Position numbers and translations under genes: made by a program
Notes under the pieces: generated by a model
What the model was told of the DNA's origin: nothing
The model's input: the letters and a program-made list of their open reading frames with translations, nothing else
Databases searched by the model: none
In this document: positions 1 through 45,200 of the stretch, piece after piece
Layout: each line of letters begins with the position of its first letter
How positions within the stretch are numbered: position 1 is the stretch's first letter
DNA from: Octopus bimaculoides
Taxonomy: Eukaryota
DNA length: 54,382 bases
Assembly (NCBI RefSeq): GCF_001194135.2
Contig: NC_068982.1
Span: 152,510,512-152,564,893, forward strand
Direction of reading: 5' to 3'

Positions 1-1095
1 TTACCGATACTTCTTTATCGAATGGCTGAGTTCACTTACTGAATTTCGACCATTCAGAGAGTTTCCGACTTCTAGAAACTAAATGTCTCAGGTTATGTAC
101 ACTAATGTATACTCGCATAAGCAAACATGCACACACATTCACTTATACGCACACACATTATCTCTCTGTCTCTCTCAAACACATACACACATCTCTCTCA
201 CTTTCTCTCTCTCTATCTATATACACTGACACACGCACTTATTCCTAATATTCATTTATGTGTTTCAGCGTAAATGTCGTGGCCATGCATGGACATCGTC
301 AGTACATATGTTCATGTATANNNNNNNNNNNNNNNNNNNNNNNNNNNNNNNNNNNNNNNNNNNNNNNNNNNNNNNNNNNNNNNNNNNNNNNNNNNNNNNN
401 NNNNNNNNNNNNNNNNNNNNNNNNNNNNNNNNNNNNNNNNNNNNNNNNNNNNNNNNNNNNNNNNNNNNNNNNNNNNNNNNNNNNNNNNNNNNNNNNNNNN
501 NNNNNNNNNNNNNNNNNNNNNNNNNNNNNNNNNNNNNNNNNNNNNNNNNNNNNNNNNNNNNNNNNNNNNNNNNNNNNNNNNNNNNNNNNNNNNNNNNNNN
601 NNNNNNNNNNNNNNNNNNNNNNNNNNNNNNNNNNNNNNNNNNNNNNNNNNNNNNNNNNNNNNNNNNNNNNNNNNNNNNNNNNNNNNNNNNNNNNNNNNNN
701 NNNNNNNNNNNNNNNNNNNNNNNNNNNNNNNNNNNNNNNNNNNNNNNNNNNNNNNNNNNNNNNNNNNNNNNNNNNNNNNNNNNNNNNNNNNNNNNNNNNN
801 NNNNNNNNNNNNNNNNNNNNNNNNNNNNNNNNNNNNNNNNNNNNNNNNNNNNNNNNNNNNNNNNNNNNNNNNNNNNNNNNNNNNNNNNNNNNNNNNNNNN
901 NNNNNNNNNNNNNNNNNNNNNNNNNNNNNNNNNNNNNNNNNNNNNNNNNNNNNNNNNNNNNNNNNNNNNNNNNNNNNNNNNNNNNNNNNNNNNNNNNNNN
1001 NNNNNNNNNNNNNNNNNNNNNNNNNNNNNNNNNNNNNNNNNNNNNNNNNNNNNNNNNNNNNNNNNNNNNNNNNNNNNNNNNNNNNNNNNNNNNNN

Positions 1096-1149
<54 letters not shown>

Positions 1150-1566
1150 ACACATACACACACACACAGAGGTTATTACCAAGTTAGTGCACTCATATAA
1201 AGAGTTTGAGTCAATTATGTCGACCGCGTTTAGTCCGGTACTCATTTTACCGATACTTCTTTATCGAATGGCTGAGTTCACTTACTGAATTTCGACCATT
1301 CAGAGAGTTTCCGACTTCTAGAAACTAAATGTCTCAGGTTATGTACACTAATGTATACTCGCATAAGCAAACATGCACACACATTCACTTATACGCACAC
1401 ACATTATCTCTCTGTCTCTCTCAAACACATACACACATCTCTCTCACTTTCTCTCTCTCTATCTATATACACTGACACACGCACTTATTCCTAATATTCA
1501 TTTATGTGTTTCAGCGTAAATGTCGTGGCCATGCATGGACATCGTCAGTACATATGTTCATGTATA
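1..1566. repeat. Identical 320-bp direct duplication (1-320 = 1247-1566) across an N-gap
   Basis: The two copies match base for base at offset 1246; gap at 321-1095 and (CA)n at 1096-1168 lie between them. Confidence 0.9.
321..1095. other. Assembly gap; other gaps at 3618-3900, 12934-13210, 21736-21883, 22996-23521, 40363-41136, 53136-53397
   Basis: N runs, most of them bordered by (TA)n, (CA)n or (TG)n microsatellites. Confidence 1.
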
Positions 1567-1814
1567 CAAACATACATTGAGATACACATATAGATTATTT
1601 GTGTATGAAAATAGTTTGGCGTCAGAGACCATGTAATGTTACTGAATATAAAACACACACACACGTGCGCGCGCACGCACACATATGTTCAGAATTATTT
1701 CATATTTATATGTATATATATGTATATATATATATGTATATACACACATATACCGCAGGCTTTCACAGCACTCTTCATGTGTCATGTGTCAGTTATAATG
1801 TGTCAGAGATATTC

Positions 1815-2034
1815 AATATTGATTTCAAATTTTGACACAAGACCAACTAGTTCGGAAGAAGGGGCTAGTTGATTACATCGTCCCCAGTACTCGACTGGTA
1901 GTTATTTTATCGACCCTGGAAGGATGAAAAGCAAGGTCGACCTCAGCGTGATTTGAATTTAGAACGTAAAGACAAAAGAAATGCTGCCAACCATTTTCCC
2001 CAGTACGGTAACGATTCTGCCAGCACGCCGCCTT
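1815..2034 (-). mobile_element. SINE, family B (head AGGCGGCGAGCTGGCAGAA type), diverged
   Basis: Shares the GTCGACCTC-GAATTTGAACTCAGAACGTAAAG core with copies at 19954, 25465 and 51551. Confidence 0.75.
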
Positions 2035-2437
2035 AATCATATTTGATATTGATAAAATGACACACCGGGGTCAGCGTTCCGTTGAATATGTTTTGGTTGA
2101 TTTTATACATCAGCAGATTGAGAAAGAAAACTCATCGTTACTACAGTGTTACTTATATTCGACATTATTTCGTATCACTCGCAACTTTACCTCAATTGTA
2201 AACCAAACAAACGCACTTATTTTGATTTGGATGTTACATATCAGAACGTGCTTTTCTGAAAGTTCACCGGACGTAATTTAAAAACTGTTGTTATCAATAA
2301 ATATCTGTGTATAGTTGACCAAAGACGCAGACCAAACAACCCTTTGGGCAAGATGAGCCTCACCTGACGAACATATATCTGACTTTACCTACTTTTAACA
2401 CAAATGCAAGAGGGTATTTTGTTATCCTTTATGCTAA

Positions 2438-2510
<73 letters not shown>

Positions 2511-2687
2511 GTGTGTCTTGTGTCTGTCTCTATGCATGCATGTATGTATGCATGTACGTATGTATGCATGTATGTATGTATGCATACATGTATGTGTCTG
2601 TCTGCCTGACTGTCTGTGTGTATATCTGCCTGTCTATGTATATATGTATATATGTATATATGTATTGTATGTATATATGTATGTAAG

Positions 2688-2761
<74 letters not shown>
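2438..2761. repeat. Compound microsatellite: (TATC)n - (TGCA/TATG/TG) interior - (TATC)n
   Basis: Read directly from the sequence. Confidence 0.9.
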
Positions 2762-2762
<1 letters not shown>

Positions 2763-3081
2763 GAACGTAATTGTACGTACATAGCCGTTTCTTATACATA
2801 GAAGTACATTCACTTTGACTCACAAACTTGAAAACGTATGAAACATATCTTTCAACCATTTTGTAAAATATTAACACAACTCAGACTCTTTCTCTCTCTC
2901 AACCTCATCCTTCAACACTTTTCCCTCTCTCTTTCATTTCTCCCTTCAATTGTTATTCTCCCTTCATCATATTTCTTATAACGATTGACAACACATTACA
3001 GCTTGTTTTTAACTCATCATCATCGTCGAGGTTATCCAATTAGCTGTTACTCTCAGTTCATACAATTGGTTAAGAACTTAC

Positions 3082-36002
<32,921 letters not shown>

Positions 36003-36049
36003 CTGTACAAATAAGAATATTATATTGATAATCATTTATTATTGTTATT

Positions 36050-36129
<80 letters not shown>

Positions 36130-36178
36130 CATTATTATTATTATTATTATTATCATTATTATTATCATTATTATTATT

Positions 36179-36709
36179 GAATGAGAAAGCAGTGCATGCT
36201 ATCCAAGTGACACTGGGGTAAAATATACGAAGCCCAGTATACCCATCATGACTAGCCGTCCAATAAGGGTACACCAGGTACATGCATCGCAGCCATATGT
36301 GTGCGACATGGTGATCTTATATCAAGATAAACAGCACATGAACTGGCAGGTGGGAGTCCAGTTAGAATTTTCTTCGGGTTGAGTAGCCCATCCCGCTCAA
36401 AAGGTCCCTGAATAAAGGTTGTTTAAGGATGTTGAATGAAATACTCATGTTTCAAACCCCAAAGAATTCTTCTCAACACATGACTATGATGCCCCCCCCA
36501 CACACACACTATTTCTGCTCGTGATCAGAGATGCACATATCGTCAGCCACCAACTGATTAAGGCCAAACAACTGACTAGTAAATCTGAGGTATTGAGCAG
36601 AATATTGACTGTAGCCCATCTTTTATATCAATACAAAACAATGTACGCTTTCGATCAGTTAAGATCAGAAGCCATGAGAGTCATTTCCTGGTACTACATC
36701 AGGGCATTT
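36179..36709 (-). mobile_element. Non-coding interspersed element of about 530 bp inserted in an (AAT)n array
   Basis: Precise (ATT)n on both sides, no credible ORF, and a small stem-loop (ACTGGG...CCCAGT) near the presumed 3-prime end; recalled as a common octopus repeat; orientation inferred. Confidence 0.7.
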
Positions 36710-36719
36710 ATTATTATTA

Positions 36720-36790
<71 letters not shown>

Positions 36791-37242
36791 TTATGTTTGA
36801 CTTTTGTTTTGCATTTGTACAAGTTGGATCCAAGTCTCACCCAGAGACCTCAAGAGACAACAAGTTAGAAGTTCATGTAAGTGTTATGCCTAGGGTACCG
36901 TATATTTGGATTTGTACAGTTTTGTTCAAGTGAATGGTTAAGAAACCATAAGAAAATTATGTGTTTGCTTTAAAATTTGAGATCACATAGACAATATTTT
37001 ACGTAGGATATGGGCAGTTCCCATGAGCACTTTCTTTTGAACTTCAGCCATTTTGGGGTTTCCTGGAATCTGATCTAGGTAGTAATCAGCCCGTTTCGCT
37101 GTCATTCCCAGGGCACCTATGACAATAGGTATTGTTTTCGTCTTCAGATTCCACATTTTGTTAATTTCTATTTCAAGATCTTTATATTTGCTCAGTTTTT
37201 GGTAGGTCTTGACAGATACGTTTATATCGATTGGGACAGTCA

Positions 37243-37243
<1 letters not shown>
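36791..37243 (-). mobile_element. 5-prime-truncated R4/Dong-like RLE LINE (endonuclease C-terminus and 3-prime UTR) inserted in (TAA)n
   Basis: Intact 86-aa frame MTVPIDINVSVKTYQKLSKYKDLEIEINKMWNLKTKTIPIVIGALG...LMGTAHILRKIL (RLE motif K..KY.DL...IP.VIGALG); (AAT)n on both flanks. Confidence 0.9.
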
Positions 37244-37303
<60 letters not shown>

Positions 37304-37792
37304 GCGTGTTTTTACGGCACTATCGAGTTGAACTTTCTGCGACTTACTTTCTATAATATTGAAAGTATTCTTCTAGGTTTCACGTCTTCTATTGTATTGA
37401 AAGTCCCCTATATAATGTGTGCAGTTGTCTGTTTGATGTGGAAATGTATTAGTCCTCGGTTTTTGTTTGCATATTTTAAAAACATTTCCGCCAATTATTA
37501 TAGGGAATTATTTTTGTCTTCAATTAACACACCCTTCATCGCAATTTCCAAATCTATATAATTGTATAGCTTATTATTATGTATTACCCATTGCTTCAGA
37601 AATAAATCGAGTGTAATTTCTTTAATAAGATTTTGGTTCTTTACGGAAAGACATGCAAACACGTTTACTTTTGATAAAGAGGTTCAAAGTGAACAAATAC
37701 CATGTGACAATGGCCCTAACAATATTTAAGGGCTCTAGCATTACTACCTTTCGTTATTATCATTGTGAAAATATTCTACAAAGATAGCTATA

Positions 37793-38413
37793 TTAGAAAT
37801 AATACATTTCTAAATCTCCCAGAGAGATTTATACAGTAGTGATACGATGAAGTAGTTGTATGCTGTCAAGTTAATGTTGACTTAATGTCAACTTAATCTT
37901 GTTAGCTGAGTGGAGGTGCTTGTCTCCCCCTTGTAAACATAAGGACGCAGGAAATATGTCAAGGCCGACAGGAAGCGGTGCAGCTTCCTAGGTCTAACCA
38001 ACAGTAGTATTATTCCCATCAGGGGACTGTCACATTAAGTTGACAGCATACAACTACTTCATCGTATCACTTATGCATAAATCTCTCTGAGAGATTTGGA
38101 AATGTATTATTTCTAAATTTGAAATCAGTAAATGTATTTCACTAGAATTATTGTATGTTTACAAGAGCTTGACAGGCATCTTCGACTAGCAGGTCATGCC
38201 ACTCCAGACTAATGACGAGCAAAGACTCAGAAACATGTCTCTGGATGCCGGCTTAGCTGGGTGGAGGTGCTTGTCTCCCTCTTGTAAATATAAGGACACA
38301 GGAAATGTGTCAAAGCTGACAGGAAGCGGTGCAGCTTCCTAGTTCTAACCAACAGTAGTATTATTCCCTTCAGGGGACTGTCACATTAAGTTGTCATCAT
38401 ACAACTACTTCAT
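37793..38413. mobile_element. MITE-like element (37793-38116, about 85-bp TIRs) plus a 161-bp partial direct duplicate (38253-38413)
   Basis: 37793-37877 matches the reverse complement of 38032-38116; 37902-38062 recurs at offset 351 with few substitutions. Confidence 0.8.
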
Positions 38414-38667
38414 AGTTATATTACTTTGAAAATAATTAATCAGTGATAATTCTAACACACAATAGTTTATAACAACACGAGCATTCTACAGTTGTTCTAT
38501 TTTGATAAGAACATTCATGATTTGATTTTAGGATATTATTTGGAATTCAAAATAACCTGTAACAAAACCTTAAACCCTATTTTCTGTTACAAGCTTCTTG
38601 AAACATTTACTTCACATCATGCTCAAAGCAATCTTTAGTTCGTGCTTGACTCTCTCCTTCACAGCAT

Positions 38668-38915
38668 AAGTAAAAGGTGAAGTTACCTTCTCGAATCATA
38701 CTGACCCATGAGGGCCGTTTTTCCGGTTTCATGGTGTATATATTCCCCACCTGGACGGGACGGCGGTCCCTCGTAGGATTACTGATTTTTGTCAGCTGAG
38801 TAACGTGAAATGAAGTGTTTGCTCAAGAACACAACGTATCTCCCGGTTCAGGAATCAAAACCACAACCTTACGATCATGGGTCCAATACCCTAACCTCTA
38901 AGCCATGCGCCTCCA
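38668..38915 (-). mobile_element. tRNA-derived SINE with an approximately 14-bp TSD
   Basis: Head GGAGGCGCATGGCTTAGAGGTTAGGG, B-box-like GGTTTTGATTCC; CTCCTTCACA(C)GCAT at 38654-38667 and 38916-38930. Confidence 0.85.
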
Positions 38916-40327
38916 CTCCTTCACACGCATCATGCTTAATAAGCTGATTCAAAATAAATTTGAACATGTAATATGCGGCTTGAGAAATACACCAAGACAT
39001 TTATTTCATAAAATAAGATTATAATATTATTATAAGTACATTTTATTTTTAGTGATGGTTATAGTTATTGCAAACTGAGAAATATAGTAAAACAATCAAA
39101 TCAACTAACAATATTTTTAAACACTTAAAATATATTTCGTTACAATGGTCAAACTAAGAAACATTCTTTTCCACTTTGTTTCATTATCCTGTAGATTTAT
39201 TTCCTTTCCATGTGTTTTTAGTATTGTTGTATCGCTACTAGGAACGCCTTCAGTGAGCCGGTCTATAATGAAAAGCTTTTTCTAGTCGTGCATATCCAGT
39301 GTTTTATTCAGACATTAGTAATTGTAACTCTTTAACTATCTTAATAAAATAGTGTATGGTTTGATGAAGATTTGGTTCCTATTTCTATCAGACCAAAGGG
39401 CTACTTAAATTTTCTCCCATTTTCTAGTCTATGTCTTAGTTCAACTATCATTTATTTTTGTTATGTTATTTTAAATTAGATGAAATTTTACGAAATATTT
39501 AAAGTTTCAATGTATGCATGTATGTATGCATGTATGTATGCAAGTATGTGTAAATATGTACATACCTGAAATTTATATATGACTTCTTAATATAAATATT
39601 GTTATTGTGTGAAAATATTTACTACTCTATAAAAGTGTTAAAAGATAATATAATTAGTAATAAATCAAATTAATTTAAATATTTAATGTCATGTCGAAAG
39701 GATTAGAGTGTGAAATCGAGCGAAGCCTTAGTAGAACTTTAGGTAATTTATGTATTTTAGCATATACATATAATAACAAAATTGATAGGAAAATTCTCTA
39801 ATAATATTAAATAAACTGCAAAACTATCTTCTCAAATTATGCTTCACAACCAAAGTGTCGTATGCTCTTCAACTAACTGTAGCTTTAAATAATTATATGC
39901 ATACCAGTAAATAACTGAAAAGATTTCCTTGAAATACAGTGCGAAAATAAAGTCTCTGTGCAAAGGTTTTGTGAAGATAGGTGAGTACAATGTGACTAAT
40001 TTCCTCAAAGAAAATACTACTGTATGTTTTCACTTAACACTGTGACAACTTCTAATGCTTGTAATCATGCTGGAGATTTACTGGCGATAGCAATGATTAT
40101 TTTTTGTTCTCAGCTCGACAAGCAGACGCCAAACTTTAAAAGAAAATTACTGTATTTACTATATAGTATTTACTAGTAGTAGCATCTTCCGAATAAAATT
40201 GTCAAAGATACATACCTACCTACATACACACGCGCGCGCGCACACACACATATACACACGCACATAAACACATACATATACACACATACACACATATACA
40301 CATAAACACATACATTTATAAACGGTT

Positions 40328-40362
<35 letters not shown>

Positions 40363-41419
40363 NNNNNNNNNNNNNNNNNNNNNNNNNNNNNNNNNNNNNN
40401 NNNNNNNNNNNNNNNNNNNNNNNNNNNNNNNNNNNNNNNNNNNNNNNNNNNNNNNNNNNNNNNNNNNNNNNNNNNNNNNNNNNNNNNNNNNNNNNNNNNN
40501 NNNNNNNNNNNNNNNNNNNNNNNNNNNNNNNNNNNNNNNNNNNNNNNNNNNNNNNNNNNNNNNNNNNNNNNNNNNNNNNNNNNNNNNNNNNNNNNNNNNN
40601 NNNNNNNNNNNNNNNNNNNNNNNNNNNNNNNNNNNNNNNNNNNNNNNNNNNNNNNNNNNNNNNNNNNNNNNNNNNNNNNNNNNNNNNNNNNNNNNNNNNN
40701 NNNNNNNNNNNNNNNNNNNNNNNNNNNNNNNNNNNNNNNNNNNNNNNNNNNNNNNNNNNNNNNNNNNNNNNNNNNNNNNNNNNNNNNNNNNNNNNNNNNN
40801 NNNNNNNNNNNNNNNNNNNNNNNNNNNNNNNNNNNNNNNNNNNNNNNNNNNNNNNNNNNNNNNNNNNNNNNNNNNNNNNNNNNNNNNNNNNNNNNNNNNN
40901 NNNNNNNNNNNNNNNNNNNNNNNNNNNNNNNNNNNNNNNNNNNNNNNNNNNNNNNNNNNNNNNNNNNNNNNNNNNNNNNNNNNNNNNNNNNNNNNNNNNN
41001 NNNNNNNNNNNNNNNNNNNNNNNNNNNNNNNNNNNNNNNNNNNNNNNNNNNNNNNNNNNNNNNNNNNNNNNNNNNNNNNNNNNNNNNNNNNNNNNNNNNN
41101 NNNNNNNNNNNNNNNNNNNNNNNNNNNNNNNNNNNATATATATATATATATATATAATCAGCCAAAATTGCGAAGATAATCTGGTGCTCGACTGAGGAAA
41201 GAAAACTTCGAATGACCCGTCCTTTGTATCGTCTATCTAGATGTTTTGTTGTCCCATTTTTGTATCACCTAACTGTCCAGGTGTTTTGTGTTCTTGTCTC
41301 ATTTTGTATTATATATATATATATGTATATATTATCAAACTGTGACATTTCGACGGATATGAATTTACTCAAATATAAGGACGTTGCCATCTTCTATCCT
41401 CCTCTACAGATCAGAAATC

Positions 41420-41790
41420 AGGGTAATCTACTATTAACATTTGATCCAGTTGGAAAGCTTTTACTAGGATTGCTTTCATATCATTCACAAGAAGCAACAT
41501 TAGCGCTCTGGAGCACCCTCAACAACTATCAAGAAGAAATCTTCAGAGTGCTCGGAATATGGTATGTTTGGAAGACAAAGAATTCTACGTGCAAATCGTC
41601 AACGGTCAACTGAGGATGAGCAGGAAGAAGGGAAATATATCTGAAACGTTTCAAGGATGCCCTGAATGTAACAATCAAATACCACATTAACGTAGAATCT
41701 TTCGTAGCTCAGAAGACAGTATGTTCCATCTTCATTCATAAAAGACATGGAGAGTTTTGAATGTCCATGCAGAGAATATTGTGAGACAAT
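41420..41790 (+). mobile_element. RTE-like LINE C-terminal remnant
   Basis: MVCLEDKEFYVQIVNGQL followed, after a frameshift, by KRFKDALNVTIK; matches xxRMxDxRxPKQxLYGxL...KRFKDxLK. Confidence 0.6.
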
Positions 41791-42120
41791 AAGGGGGAGA
41801 GAGAAGAATGCGATGAAACTAAGTGTGAGAATCTGTATTGCCTTTCCAGACTGATCTGCCTGCGCTGTGAATGTGTCGCAAGCATTGGACTGAATCACCT
41901 CAGTATGCTAGCCAGTAACTCATGGTACTGAAGACCATCATCCTTAATTTCAAGGGATTGTACTGACACAAACATAAATACGAACACATATGTAGACACA
42001 TACACAGACACACACACACAGACACAAATGCTCATACATTTATCTATATGTACGTTCACAGACACATACGTATATATGTGTATGTGTGTTTGTAGATAAG
42101 TTGATGTAATATCACACACA

Positions 42121-42213
<93 letters not shown>

Positions 42214-45200
42214 ATGAGTGTGGATGTATGCATGTGTTCGTGTGTGTGTATGTATGTATGTATGTGTCAGTAGATACAGATATATATTGTACAGAACACA
42301 TTTTAATTCATCCAAATATAAGGTAACACTACCGTAAATCATTGTCAGAAATACTTAGTTATTTAAGGTGATTTTAAACCAATTGTTAATTGAGAAAATG
42401 CATCGGATTTGAAACTACTTGATCATTCTATACAGAACAAATATGATTAAACCATTCAAAATCCAGATCGATATTGCTATCGCTTCTACAGGCAAAATTG
42501 TAGCGTTGTTCTTGCGCTGGTGTCACTGAAAGGACTATCAGTGGTTTATTATTTTTGCAGCTGCCGTTAACTACCCTAGGATAGTATTCAGGTATGATTT
42601 ATATATTGAGGACGAAGCAAATTGTGTTTGTGTATTACTAACAACTTCCAGCTCAGAGACTTTTGAGTTTTAGTAAAACCTACAAATATTTTAATGGGAC
42701 CGTTATGTACTCTACACGTCACATCTCAATTCATGGAAAAATGAAGTAACACTATTGTAATGATCTCAATAAAACGTCTAATGTAATTTGAAAGAAGTTT
42801 GGGGTAATGGCTAATGTTTAAGTGACAAAAACGCAATGGATTAGGAAAACAACAATCATTCCATAGACAGCTAATATCTTCATAATCCGATGCCGTTACA
42901 CGTATTGCTTCGGCAAGACAAGATGTATATCCCCCTCTTTTTCCTTTTCACTCAGCTCGTACTTAAACGTATACATACAAACATACACATAGACATACCT
43001 ACACACACCCACCCTCTCAATCTTACGCATGCACACTTTCATTCTTATACGTGCACTCACTCATACACACATGCATATGAAGTAGACGCTGATACAATAG
43101 GCTGTTAATAAAGTTCGGAGACGAATACATGCAGTCACTCACAAGAAAAGAATATTCTTGAGATGATATTGGACAAAGAGGCCTCACATAAATTTACACA
43201 ACTCAGCTGGTTAATACGACACATTATTAGTGAAAATATTATTTATGATGGTGAATGATACTCTCTGGTTGCATGTAGCCCCAACTTTGGCGTTTGTAGA
43301 TTTTGTAGACCTCCAGCAAAGGAAGGAATTAAATAGGGAGACGGTAGATATATGAAAATTTAAAGCAAACTCAAAACCGCCATGCAATGGCAATGAAAGA
43401 ACAATGTAACATATTTATTGCAGAAACATAAAAATTATATGAGAATTGCTATACGAATATGAGCATATTTTCCCTTTTTACTGTAAACGAACTGATGTGA
43501 GAGCATAAAGAGTACTATATAATCGGATTCCATACCGACGTCAACCTCTTTTAACGGAATGTCTTTGCGCTTGGCATTTGTTTCGTAAGTAATGGAGATT
43601 TTCAGATATTAATCTTTCTTTCGATATTTTGTTAGTATACTACAATATGATCATGGCGTCCCATGAAACAACGTTTTTGTAATCAGCCCTCAATACCGTA
43701 AGTAACTAATCTCCAACCAACCATAAACTGAAGTCTCATTCAGATTTCTTTCTTTCATTGCATATACCACCCATAAACATATTTCCCTTAAAATATTGAA
43801 CAGCCAGTAGATATTAAAATCTGTAATAAACTGATTTGGCCATGTTTGTGTTATTCTAATCCATTGAGCATACGTATATGCACAAGTACATGGACTCATA
43901 CATACACACACATTTATACATGTGTATATTTATATGCGCATACATATGTATGCATGCATATGTTCATATATATATTTATATATATAAATCTGTATATAAA
44001 TGCATATGTACATATATGTACATATATATATATGTGTGTGTGTGTGTCGCTATGTGTGTATATGTATATATATGCATATATATATATATGTGTGCGTGTG
44101 TGTTTGTGTGCGTGTCTGTGTGTGTGTGTGTGTGCGTACGTGTGTGTGTATGTGTGTATTAATAATACATATTTTTCCCAAGAGATACATTTCTACTCGT
44201 CATTCTTATTGCTTATCATAGTAAAGAGACCCCATAAATTTATATTCCAGAACAGTTAAATGACTGGACATAATAGTAGTTTCGGGTCATGTGTTAGAAC
44301 TAACAGTGTTAAGTAAAGAAAATAAAGATTCCCATACATGTCGTCAACATATTTTTCTTAACCATATATTTGCCATACAGATGAATCACTACAGAATTGA
44401 ATCACAACAGAACAAATAATACTTGGTTTGATATTTTAGTATGTTTACATTATAAGTGTGAAGTCCGGTAGTGAACTATATGTATTTCTGTATGTTGGTT
44501 TCATGTTTATATCTCACAGCAGTTTTGTATTTATAGATATACCAACTTACTAGCCGAGCAAAAATACGGTCTTTCTTCTTCAACAGTGGATCGATAATTT
44601 ACCCTGATACTGATGTTAAAATTGAAGTTATTCTCTTTAATAATTTGTAAATAGGTACCGGGGTAAGGTACAGTTTTGTAAATTGAAAGACGCACATCTT
44701 AATTGTTGAGTGCTGTAATAGATAGTAATATTAAGAGCCAATTACTCCTATTTATTCGGATAAAGCAAAGAGAAACTATTCCAGTATATGTATTTTCCAT
44801 TACATGTTTGCATGAAGAGGTATTTAATGGTACCGCTCAATATGTTCACTTCATTACATTATCTCGTAAATGACTTAATTATTATGTATACTGTGCAATT
44901 ATTTGCATCAATGTACATTGTATCCACACAAATATATGTTTCTGTCTTACAGATTATGGGAGACAGAAAACAGTTCTGCTAATATTACTTCAAGTAAAGC
45001 GCTTGCTTGAAGCACCAACATTTCAATGCATTATGTTATTTTACGGATAATGTTTGATTAAAATAAGCAAAATGTTATTTTACTCTTATATAATTTCAAT
45101 TAATGAATATGAGAAAAACTGGGTTCCATTAAACATAAGTACTTCTTACAAATCATTTTGCAAAGACAATAGCTATTTCATCTTTTGTCAGCAAGCAGCT

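Larger units (their letters stand above)
36037..37303. repeat. Three (ATT)n arrays (36037-36178, 36710-36790, 37244-37303) separated by two inserted elements
   Basis: Read directly from the sequence. Confidence 0.95.

Noticed and set aside
258-1288. Long ORFs in the track spanning N-gaps, and all poly-TH/CV/YI/S/I/ER ORFs elsewhere
   Set aside because: Artefacts of N runs and di-, tri- or tetranucleotide repeats, not genes.
36512-36546. CTGACGA...GAAA hammerhead-like core in the 530-bp element (minus strand)
   Set aside because: Stem II does not close next to GAAA, and no stems I or III could be drawn.
39940-39986. Plus-strand 41-nt segment bounded by CAG and AG|GTGAGT (possible antisense exon)
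   Set aside because: Isolated, with no partner exons or homology; such sites are expected by chance in 54 kb.
43697-43740. Possible phase-1 mini-exon (M)RLQFMVGWRLVTY-G upstream of exon A
   Set aside because: Weak donor (GTATTG) and only superficial similarity to the CARP N-terminus.
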